Below, piece by piece: positions 49,302 to 60,304 of a stretch of 64,000 bases of DNA. The stretch is taken from positions 186,001 to 250,000 of the forward strand of contig QPMI01000599.1 in NCBI GenBank assembly GCA_004431415.1. The letters run 5' to 3'. Position numbers and translations under genes: made by a program. The stretch comes from Cyanophora paradoxa CCMP329 (Eukaryota > Plantae > Glaucophyta). The first letter of the stretch is position 1; the number at the start of each line of letters is the position of its first letter. The notes under the pieces were generated by a model. That model saw only the letters and a program-made list of their open reading frames with translations, was not told the DNA's origin and searched no databases.

Positions 49302-50835
49302 TAGATCATCGGATGCGCGATCGGTGCCAGTTTTCAGTGTGCGATCGGCGAATTCGAAGCGCGCACGCGCACCCAGCGGTCCCAGCCGCGGCTGGCCATG
49401 AGAGAGACCTCGACCCGCTGCCTCACTCTCCAGTTCCACGCGCATGCGCAACAGCTGCAAATGCAGATCTAGACCCGGCCCCACGTGCACGTGCACCGGC
49501 ACTAGCTCTGCACTGCCAGCTGCAGGCTGCGGCAGATTCTGCCCCGCGCGCGCGCGGTGCACGTGCGCATGCGCGACCGGCCCCCGAGATCTAGAGCTCA
49601 TCCGAAACTCGATCAAGCCGAGCGCGGCCGCGGCGCGCGCATGCGCACGTGCACCCGGGCCGGCACCAGGAGCTCCGGGGATCCGGCTGGCGCTCGGCTA
49701 CCGCCGAATATTAATGCGCCGACCTCGGCATATGCATTGTGACGGACGAGGCCTAGCTATAGGCCTAGGGGGAGGAGAGCCCGCTCGCCTCGCCCCATGG
49801 CCACAGCACCCAAAGCCCGGGCCCGGCCCCGGCCGGGCCGGCCCCCCGGCCCCGGCTGCGCGCGCCGCCTGCTCACAAGAAGTTGCATGCGCAGCATGCA
49901 ACAGTCCGACGCCGGACGCCGCCGGACGCCGCCGAAGCTTTTAAGTCGCCGGCGCGGCCGGACCGTTGGCCATGGTCTCAAGAATATATCGGTGACGCGA
50001 GTCCGTCATGGCGTCACCGTGGCCCGTCATGGACGTCCGACCAGGCGCCGGCTAGCGCTCACCTGAGTTTCAAAGTTTGAACCGGTGGAAGCCTGGGACG
50101 GCGCGCCGCGCGCGCCGGCGCTGCCCGCTGCAGGATCACATGAAGCACATGTACAGCCGGAGCTGGGAGCCTTGCAATTGGACCCGCGGCACTGGCACCG
50201 CGGCTTGAAAGTACTAGTGCGAGCAGCGACAATAAGCGCCGCTGGATTTCAAGACAATGGCCACGCGATACTTCCTCTTCCGGCCAGCGAAGCGAAAGAG
50301 GCTGGAGGCGTTGGATACATAGCCTAGTAGGATGCACACGCATCAGCAATTGCAAATTAAAGATTCATCGGCGCGAATTCAAAATTTTTAAAGCGCACCC
50401 AGCCGGGGGAGACCTCGGCACGCCTTCTCAGCTTCAACTGGCCCCACGTGCACCAGCTAAACTTGAAATATTAATGAGCTCGGGGCACCCGCGGCCGCTT
50501 CGCTGGCCGCAGCCTCGTCCAAACCACGTGCACCTTCTGCCGCCGCCGCCGCCCACGTGCACCGAAACTAATCGACGAATATATATTGCAATGTATGTAT
50601 CCTAATCCGGCGCTCGGCGGCACAAGCGGACGGGCGCTACGTGTGCAGTCACATCGCTACGTATGCAGGCTAGAGGCCGGCGGCGAGCAGGCTGCGCTTG
50701 ATGGCCTCCCGCCGCGCGATGAGCTCGTCCAGCGTATCCTCCACCGAGCGCCCGCTCAGAGGCGCCGGCCCCGCCCCCGCCCCCGCCACGGCCGGCGGCG
50801 GCGGCGGCGCCGGCGGCGCGGCCAGCGGGGCGTGG

Positions 50836-50995
50836 GAAATATTAATGAGCTCGGGGCACCCGCTTCGCTGGCCGCAGCCGCGTCCAAACCACCTTCTGCA
50901 TCCGCCGCCCATGCGCATGCCACCGAAACTCATGATCAACTTGGCAAGCTTATAAAATTATCGACGAATATTGCAATGTGTGTAATATTAATTGC
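50836..50995 (+). repeat. Partial third copy of the 3' end of the dispersed repeat
   Basis: AATATTAATGAGCTCGGGGCACCCGCTTCGCTGGCCGCAGCC...TCGACGAATATTGCAATGTGTGTA matches 50467-50600 and 62146-62246. Confidence 0.85.
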
Positions 50996-52391
50996 AAAGG
51001 CCGCGCGCGGCGCCGCGGGTGCTTGGGGCGGCAGGCCTAGGCATGCGCAGGCCCTGAGGACGCCGCAGGCCTAGGTCACCCGCGGCCGGTTGCTCGCGGC
51101 GGCGGGCGCCGGCGTCGACGCCGGGCGCCGGCGGCCGGCGACGTCGTCGCCGATCGCCAGTCGCGTCGCGACGTCGGACGTCGCGCGGCGCGGCCCGCCG
51201 CGGCCCGCGTGGGACGTCGACTCTGAGCTCGCGATCGAGAGGCGGGCCGAATCCGGCCGCGGACTCCGGAGACTCGGGGAGAGCAGCTGATCATGATTCA
51301 TGATCGCATGATCCGATGATCATGATCATGATCATGATTCATGATCTCATGATCATGAGCGGCGGCCGGCGGCCGCGGTAGCCAGAGCGGCTGAGAGCGC
51401 GCGCTAGCGCGCCGGCGCCGATCTGGCCTGGGGGGGGAGGCCCGGGAGGGGGGTTAACGTTGCTCGATACCGCCAGCTCGAAAGCTGCCCGGAGAACCTC
51501 CTTGTAGGCTCTAGGAGGCGGAATTTTGCCAGGTCTTTAATTCTAATTGCCGTGAATTGCCGATCGAAACGCCGAATTTAATATTAACAACTCTGCAATA
51601 TGTTGCTGGGGTATATATATACGTAGAATTTTCCTTCTAGCTATAGTCCTCCATATTTCACGCCTTCGAATCCCGCCCGTTCCACATAATTCCGATCGAT
51701 CATGCCCCACCTTGCCTGTATACGCCCCCACAGTGCTGGAGTAGACTAGAGGCTGTGGCCGGTAATTCACCAAAAAAAAAAAATTTAAAAAAATGTTAAA
51801 AAATTTGCTTTTTTTTTTAAAGATCTACGGTGGGCGTGCCCACTCGTAGTACACAACGAGGATACAAGTCACGGTATCGGGAATCACAAGGATTCGAAGT
51901 ACAACGTAGCGGAAACAGCAGGAACCGAACTTGCTTTCGAATTCGGCAATTTATCGATATCGATACTAGGATATCGATATATATCGACTCCGAGCGGAGG
52001 CTCGGTCAGCCTCGGTGTCGACGACGACGGTGTGGCGCGGACTCCGGGTCCGGTGAGTCCGGGACTCCGGGGATCCGGGAGCTCGAGAACGTCGAACTTG
52101 ACTCAGTGAGCTTGAGAAGCTCGAGCTGCCCGGCGGCCGAGCACAGCGGCTGTGGCCGCCGGGCTAGCGCTGCGGCCGCAGTGCGGCGTGGCAGCGGCGT
52201 GGCTCTTGTTCCTGCTCGGCGCGCCCGCGCGACGAGCAGCAGCAGCAGCAGCAGGCCTGAGGCAGCCAGCAGCAGCACACGCTCCGCCGGGCCGGGCGCG
52301 TTCAGCCGCTAGCGCTCCCAGGCCGCAGCTTGGTGGCGCTCTCCGTCGACGTCTGTCTGCAGCTAAGCCGCTGCTTCAGCGGTCGCGGACA

Positions 52392-55300
52392 ATGTATACG
52401 TATACGCCTCGCCCATGCGCCCGGCTGCGGTTAGCCGCTACCTTCAGTGCGCTGTTCGCCCTGGCATTGCTTGCTCTGCTGCCGGGCATCGACGCCAGTC
52501 ACGGGCCGACTGGCCGGCCGGACCTGCCCGCCGGAGCGGAGACCGCCAAGGGCCTGTGGGCCACCGTGCAGGTGACCCGCTCCTCGTTAGCTATAGCTAT
52601 GGCCGCGCGCTTCCGAGTCGGAGCTATCGCCTTCGATTCGACTGGCCCAGTGGCATGGAGGACATACATATATATCCAATTGCAAGCGGAGCCGTACTCG
52701 GCGTGCGCCGCGGTGCTTATATATGCGCAGCTAACTCGGCCGCGACCGCAGCGCGTGTATGCGGCCTCGACTGCGTCCACGTCGCAGTTCGTCTTCGGCC
52801 GGAGGAGCACCCTGTGGCTGGTCGTCGAGTTTAATAACCCGCCCGGCATCACTGAGACCATGTTCTCCTGCCTGACTTCCGGCTATCACTCCTGCGCCAT
52901 CGACGAGAGTGCGATCTCTGAACCGCTTTAATTTCGAGCTAGGCCGCGGCTTACCGCGCGCGCCGTCACATGTGCAGTCTCCATGCTGGCCCAACCCACC
53001 TGCAACCCGTATCTAATCTTGTCGAATGAGGGACGCAACGCTTCCATCCGCGTGCCTCACGTGCCACGGTGACCGCGCTGCAGTTGGTCTTAAGGATGGC
53101 TGACCCCCTGACTGGTCCCCATGGCCGAAAGGCACCTCACGCCATTCGCCACCGCGGGAGGGACCGCCTCGGTGCAGTCGCGCCTCTACTTCCGCCACCT
53201 GGTCTCGGACGAGGACCCCGTCCTGGAGCGCCTTCGGGTCCCGTTCCTGTGCGCTCTCTGCATATCTAAACATACATGGATTCAGTTCTTGAATTTTTAA
53301 TATCGAGGATAAAAAAAACCGCGCCGACGTCCGCTGCGGTTCGCTCCACCGAAACGCCGACGTCGCGCACAGGAACCTCGCCGGCTGCGACTATCTTAGC
53401 TCCAACAAGCAGGAGGTGCGCTGGCTCGCTCAGCTCGCATCTTCAGCTTGCTTCCAGGCTTCGCTCACAGCCCCGCGCGTCTCGGCAGCTGCAGTACGTC
53501 GCGATCGACAACACGACTCTCACGACGAAAGGGGTCTTCTGGGTGGAGACCGACCCGTCGAACCCGTTCAACAGGGACACCATGATCGACGCGGTGCTCC
53601 TCCCTTCGGCGCAGGCCTTCGATTCGAGCCCACTCCGCTCACACACGAAAATTCCAGAGGATCGAGATTGATCTGGACCCTAGGCTGGCCCCAGAGTCTC
53701 TGCAGCTGGTCCGCTTGGCTGACTATAACGTCATACCCCCCGCGAGTTTCCTGATGTTTCGGCAGATCGGACCGTCGCCGGGCTCGACCGTCTCTGTAAA
53801 TGACTTCCTCCTGATCGCAGTCGTCTTCAACGGGGTCCTCGTGCGCCCCAACACGGCGACGCCGGTCTTCCGCGACTGCGCTCAAGTCCTAGCCCCTGAC
53901 GCTCGCACCGCAGGACGAGCCTCTCCCTGCGAACTGCACCGTATCGCTCAACCTGTGCATGCTTTTACCTGCTCGCTTCTACATTCCTGACTGAGCTGCC
54001 GCCCCCGCAGCAACTTCAAGACCATTACCGTCGAGGAGAAGCTGCCGCGAGCGGACGTGGACGCGCTGGTGGGGCTCTCGGCGGCCATCGGCGGCGCGGG
54101 CCTCAGCACCTCCACCGACCAGATGCTCGTCTATCGCCACCAGTGCGCGCGGCTCCCCTGAGCGTCTGCGTCTGTGTCGCGGGCTCGAGCGCCCGCGGCC
54201 GCCGCAGGATCGAGAAGGAGGAGAACGCAAACGCGATCGCGGTGCGGAGTCCCACGTCGCAGGCCCTCGTCGTCTCTGCCGAGTGCTCCTCCACGTGCGC
54301 CCCGCGCCCGAGTTCAAGTTCATGCACTTCTGTGACGCAGTCTGACTCGCGACGATCGCCAGGGGGATGCGCTTCGCGTCTGTGACGGGAAGCGGCACCA
54401 GCAGTTTCTTGAGCTTGTCAGGCGCGCAAAGCTTTTTTGGAGGGCGCCGCTATAGTACTGAACGCGGCGAAATTTCGTTTCGCAGCGCCCGGCTTCGTTT
54501 TCTCGCCGTGCAAGAAATCCTCGACCTCTCCCACGGGTTGCGAGGCCGGAGTGACCTCGGTCGCCCTCGACACGCAGCGTCCGTGACCCCGGCCCCTCAT
54601 CCTCGTGCACGTGCAAGTGAGTAACCTCATGCGCAGCCCCGCGGATGGTTGCCTTCGGCACCCGCAAGGCCAAGAACTCCGTTTTCTTCAGCGGCGATGC
54701 GATCGACATCTGTCCGCGCCGCACCCTTATACATGTACAATTACCCTCGCGAAGCTGTCGCTGACCGAGCTCCCTCGCCTTGCAGCGGTCGTCTTCTCCA
54801 AGCCCGTGATCTACGTCACGAGCGCCGACAACGGGAATCCTTTCGGTTCGCGCGCACGCCAATGCAAACGTTGAAGTTTTGATCTGAGAGAGGCCGCGCA
54901 GCCGTGGGTCGCCCCTACCTGGACCTCAACTCGGGCGGCGAGGCCGCCTTCGTCGGCTACTTCCCCAACGATAACACGACGCTGCTGTTCCGCTACCAAG
55001 TTGGGGTGCCCGGCCGCGGCCCGGTCTGCTCGCGTCGCGAACGACCTAACCGTCGGACGCTCGCGCAGTCTGGACAGTCCACCAATCAGAAGCCGCTCGA
55101 AGTCACCCAGTTCGTCGCGAACGGGGCCGTCATCACTTCCCCCAACGGCTTGGACAGTGCGTTAACGTTTTACGAGAGCCGAACTCGAAATTCTCCGTCG
55201 GCTAATCCCGTTCTCGCAGTCGTCGCGAACGACGAGGCTCTGAAGGCGGTTTTACATGCCAGGAGCGGTTTGACGGCGGCTGGCCTCATCATCCAGCGTT

Positions 55301-58300
55301 CCAGCTCCCCGAGAAAGGTGCGGACTCGTTGTCGAATTTTGTATTGGCCCAGTACGCAGCGGTTTGCGAGCGGATGTACGCAGCTTGAGGTTTTCGGGGC
55401 TGTCGGCAAGGGGCAGGACGTTTACTCGCTCAACGCAATCATTTACATCATTCTTTCCTTCGATGACGTGGTGAGCGCGCGCACGATTTGGTGACTTTCG
55501 CGGCGGTGCACTTCTAAATAATCCCTGCAGGTCTTCCCACCGACCGCAAGCCCCGCTGCCCTGACCGCCTGCCGGCCGACGCTACGAACGAACGTCGGCG
55601 TCTTCCAGTTCATTCCGCGCGACGAGTTCAACACGATCGTGCAGGCGCGCCACCCCATCTTGTGCCTGCATTGCTGATGCTTCGAATTCCACTGACAATG
55701 CTTGCATTAATATTGCGCAGGGCAACGTGGCCAGCCAGAAGCAGATCGTGTTCCAGCGCACCGTTCAGGTGCTTACACAGCTTTTCCAGGAGCTTTTCGG
55801 GTGACCGCTAACGATCGCGATCTGCGCGCAGCGTGAAGACGGCCTGTACGACCGTATCGAGATCGAGAAGCCTTACAACAGCGCGGTCAACGCCACTGGC
55901 TGCAGCCTCGTTGAGAGTGAGCGTTGCCGCGCTCCGCGCCTTCCGTCGAGTTCGACTCGATGCGCGTGCAGCGGGCATGGTCATCCCGGTTCAGTTGCAC
56001 AAGATTTCGGGCTTCTATCCGGCGGACAGCACGAGCAGCCCGTTCCAGGCGGCCGTAAAGGTGCGCGCAATGCAATGCAAGACTCGCTGCGCATGCGCGC
56101 TTGCGCCTCGAGCTCTCATAAATGTCTTCCAATCAGATCGATACTTTCCCAGCGTCGATTATCGCTCTGTCCACGAAGGTGCCACGAATCTGGGGACGTC
56201 ACCGTGGCGGGGGGACTGAGCCTCGCGCATCCTGCAGATCACGAACGTCACGATGGGCCTCGCCCCAGGACGGCTCGGCGTGCGCCACGGCTTCTCTAGA
56301 TCGTCTAATGCGAGATCGCTAGCTGATTTCGCCGCCAGGAAATCGACATCCTCGTCACATTCTCAAAGCCCATCGAGTACCAGCTGATGGTCTGCTAGGA
56401 TCAGCTGCAGACCCCGGCCATCAACGCCGCTTCTGAGAGAAAGCTCGCAGACCGACCCGATCACCTCTCTGGACGCGACCAAGTCGCGGGAGGTCCGCCT
56501 GTACGGCACGCCGCGCATCGCCCTCAACATCCCGGCCTACGCGTACCTGATGGGCTACGCCAACCCGACCTCGAAGGTGCTCGCTCGACGGCGCGCCGCC
56601 GCCGTGCCGCGCCGCGGCTCATTTACGGCCTCAGACGACGCTGGTGTTCCGGTACTCGGTGCAGCTCGGCGAGGGCACGCCCGCCGGCAAGTTCCTCGAC
56701 GTCCTCAGCGTCAACGGCTTCGACTCGTACGGCGGCGTCCTGCGCACCTCTGGCAACGCCCTCAACGTGCGCGGATGCAGGTTTGCTGTAAGAATTCGCT
56801 GACGGCGGCTCGCGTGCAGGTTCAACTGCTCCTGCCCCCGCCCGGGTCAGCGCACGGCCTCTCCAGCTCGCGGGTCACTGTGGAGAAAGTCGGGGCGCCG
56901 CCGATGCCGTTCGGATACGACCAGAGCCAGCCGCCGACGTCGGGGCCCGTCGCTCTCGTCGCGAACTCGACGGCGGGGAAGGGCACGCGGCACGTGCTCG
57001 CAGCCGTGCTGGAGCAGAAGAAGGAGCCACTGAAGATTGAGGTCATCGTTCAGATCAACTCGGTCATCGACGTCTCGGTTCGAATTCGCGGGGCGACTCC
57101 GGGGTCCGTGCTGTACTATTAAGCGTTGATCGCTGTACGCAGACAAAGGACAGGAACATGAAGGTCGATTTGACGCTGATGCAGGACTGGTCCGCCGCGA
57201 CCGCTTTTGCGACCAGTTTGTAGACAACAAACTGCTGCTCTTTTTGCGACAGGGTGGACTCGCGCTTCAACAACCCCCAACTGGCCGCCATGGCCGAGAA
57301 CGAGACGAGCATCCTCAACACGATCTGGTGCGGCGCCACTTCGCTTGTCTGATCCAGTTAACGTTATCGCAACAATCTAACGACTTCCAGGTTCCCGAGA
57401 CTGTCTTTTGTGAACACGCTTGTGCGCAAACTTTCGCGTACCATCCTGGTTCTTGCGTTCTGATCTCGAACATCGATATCAGGGCAAGCCCGATGCGTTC
57501 GACGGAAAGACCATCCGCTACAACGTGCGCAACTGCTCCGTGAAGCTGAACAATATATGAGTTTATCTTTTGCGCAGAACGGCACTGTCAGGCTGTACCA
57601 GCGCTACATCCAGACGTTCTTCGGTGCGGCGTTTCGGCCGCGCAGCCAACCCCGGCAATCCGCGCTCACGCGCGCGTGCCTCGCGCAGCGGACATCAACG
57701 TCAGGGACTTCCCGTTCGACCAGCAGGTGCGCAGCACTCTGCTAGCTGCTAGCTGTGAAACACGTCCTAACCACGGGGCACGCCGACCTGCAGACCCTGA
57801 CGATTCAGGTTCGCGACACCAGCATGAGGCTTTCCACCTGTGAGCTGCAGCTGACTCGCGACCGCCCCGCAGCTGCGAAGCAACAGCTACGACGCGACGC
57901 AGCTGACGTTCACTCCGATCTCCGGAGCGAGGCTCCAGGAGCAGGAGGCGTTCATCCGCGCTCTTGGAGACCCCGCCTTCTACTTTGACAGCTACACGCA
58001 AGAGGTCACGAATACTGACCTCGGAATCCACGCCAACTACAATATCCTCACGACAAGCTGGAAGGCTCGGGTCCGTTTAATATTTAATGCAGCGCCGCGC
58101 GGCTGCAGCTGCGGCGTCTGGCTGAACCGCGCCGCGGCACGCAGCGCATCCGGACTTACAATGTCGTCAACCTGCTCATTCCCCTCCTGCTCATTTGCCT
58201 CTCGGTTATCTTCACGTTCTTCCAGTGCGTCGTCGTGATCATGACTCGTCGAACTCGCTCGACCTTGGACGCCTGACCGCCGCCCGCCAGGCCCGTTGAG

Positions 58301-59597
58301 AGCGACAACCGCGTGGTCGCCTGCGAAACCGCGCTGCTCGGCACGCTGGCTTTCTCCTTCGTCTTGGCGGACATGAGCCCGCCCGTATCCTACATGACCA
58401 AGATGGGCGGGTTCACGTTCCAGGTGAAGCGACGCCTCCCGCACGCCGCGGCGCCCCGGCGTTGCTCGCAGCCTCCGCGCCTGACGCCCGGCAGGCCTAC
58501 GCGTTCAGCATCGTGGGGATGGCCGTCAACATTGCCTTCAACCACGTCGTGTGCGCGGCTCCGCGGCGGGCCCCGCCCGGCTCTGGATCTGACGGCGGCG
58601 CAGGTGGGTCGTGGGAGAGCTGCGGCGGATGGACGACGCGAGCTCCTCCGACGACCGCACGCGCATCAACGAGCACCTCTACGAGGCCCTTCTCAAGGTG
58701 TGAATAGGGCAATGCCGCGGCCGCCCGTCCGCGCGCCGACGGCAACGCAGTACAAGAACACGCCGAGTCCGAACCCCATGTCCAGCGCCGTCGTACACCC
58801 GAAGCCGATCGGCGACTCGCCGCGCGTGGACGTCCGCGTGCAGATGCTGCAGCCGAGCGGCCGCGTGCCCGTCGAGCCCGGCAGCGCGGGGGCCTTCCCC
58901 GTGCCGGCGGCGGCGGTCGGGACGTCGGCGACGGCGCTCGAGCTGCCGACGGCGCAGAAGCTGCCGCAGCTGGGCGAGAACGCGAACCCGCTCGTCCGCT
59001 TCATCGACCGCCGCAGCTCCCTCCGCCTCCCCAAGATCTCCGACGATACCGAGGTGAGGAAACCGCCCACGGCGAGCCCAGTCCTTTGCGAACGAAACCT
59101 GCGGCAGGTCGACCTGGGAGACATCGTCTTCAAGGAGGGGCGCCTCACCACCCGCGCCACTCCGGTGCGCAAGCGCGGAGGTTCCCATGAGATCCGGTTT
59201 CAGGCCTCATCCTGGGCGCAGGAGCAAGCCCGGATGCAGCCGCCGCCGCAGCCCGACCCGAAGCGCCTCGCGGGCCTCTTCGTGCCCTCGGTAGCGCTAT
59301 CCCCGCTCCGACTTGCACTGCTTCCAGCCGCCCGCGCTCAGCGGCGGTGCCGCGCAGGTGCTGCCCCGCAAGTACTTCGCGTTCGACCTGTTCGGCCTCC
59401 AGCTCGGCGAGCTCCGCGTCGCGAACCGCGAGGTGAGACGCGCGCGCCGACGCCGGCTTCGAGTGTTGAACGACGGCTCACGATCACGCCGGCAGGTCTA
59501 CATCGTCCGACTGCGGGTGGTCAACATGTGGGTCCGCGCGATCTTCATCACCGCGTTCATCATCAGCACCGCCTGCTTGTTCACCATCAGCCCGTAG
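52392..59597 (+). CDS. Cys-less (Pro-loop) pentameric ligand-gated ion channel with a very large N-terminal region of repeated beta-rich (Ig-like) modules; dozens of short introns
   Basis: Signal ATFSALFALALLALLPGIDA. ECD: EPLKIEVIVQINSVIDVS, MKVDLTLMQDW|VDSRF, IW|VPETVF, NGTVRLYQRY, DINVRDFPFDQQ|TLTIQ. M1 YNVVNLLIPLLLICLSVIFTFF; M2 ESDNRVVACETALLGTLAFSFVLADMSPPVSYMT; M3 AYAFSIVGMAVNIAFNHVV; M4 NMWVRAIFITAFIISTACLFTISP*. Confidence 0.88.
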
Positions 59598-59860
59598 TCT
59601 AGTTCGCGCAATCGTTGGGAACATGTCATGAATGCAGGCTTAGGATGGGGGGTTCGCATTCTGTAGCAAGGCAAGCATGTTGCAAGGGGGGAAAGAAGAC
59701 CGCAGGTCTTCCCCCCTTGCTTCCCGTTCCCTCGCTTCAGCCAAAAGTTTTCTATGAGGCCGTTTTCGAGGTCCAGTTTGCAACAAAAATGTGCCGAAAT
59801 TCGGTTGCAGCGACACGTGTTTGTCGCTGCGGCCGTCCATGCAAAAAAAGGTTTTCGAGG

Positions 59861-60023
59861 GCGAAGACCAGTTTTCCTTGACTTGAAGCCTGGAAACCAA
59901 CTTCTCTCTCATTCCGATCTTCGAATTCCTTCCGCGGATCTAGCGAAGACCAGTTTTCCTCGACTTGAAGCCTGGAAACCAACTTCTCTCTAATTCCGGT
60001 CTTCGAATTCCTTCCGCGGTTCT
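59861..60023 (+). repeat. Tandem duplication, 2 x 82 bp
   Basis: GCGAAGACCAGTTTTCCT(T/C)GACTTGAAGCCTGGAAACCAACTTCTCTCT..TTCCG.TCTTCGAATTCCTTCCGCGG at 59861 and 59943. Confidence 0.9.
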
Positions 60024-60304
60024 GCATGGAACCAGTTCTCCCTATAGCTAGCTGTCTCCTGTAGATTTCGGCTTCCTCGCTTATCAGCTGTCTCCTGTAG
60101 ATCGCAGCGTCTGCTTATCAGCCCTTTTCTACTCTTTACAATCACATATAATCTGTCTCTATCTTTACTACTTCAACCTGCCGCGCGCGCTGGGCCGGGG
60201 TCGATCTACATCTGCCCCGTGCATGTTCGTGCCACTACTACTCTTTCATTCGATCCAGATTCCCCCCTTGCACCCCCGGCGCGAGAATCGCGGCCGGGCC
60301 CCTA

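Larger units (their letters stand above)
47019..50618 (+). repeat. Dispersed repeat family, copy 1 (interrupted by the TIR element); degenerate, possibly a TE-derived pseudogene
   Basis: Colinear with 60305-62263 (e.g. TTTTCAGTGTGCGATCGGCGAATTCGAAGC, GAGCTCATCCGAAACTCGATC, GGATTTCAAGACAATGGCCACGCGATACTTCCTCTTCCGGCCAGCGAAGCGAAAGAGGCTGGAGGCGTTGGATACAT, ATCCTAATCCGGCGCTCGGC). Confidence 0.85.

Noticed and set aside
46682-51849. Possible large Helitron (AT-rich TC start at 46682; hairpin CTACGGTGGGCGTGCCCACTCGTAG at ~51826)
   Set aside because: The 3' end is not CTRR, and nothing in the window links the two ends.
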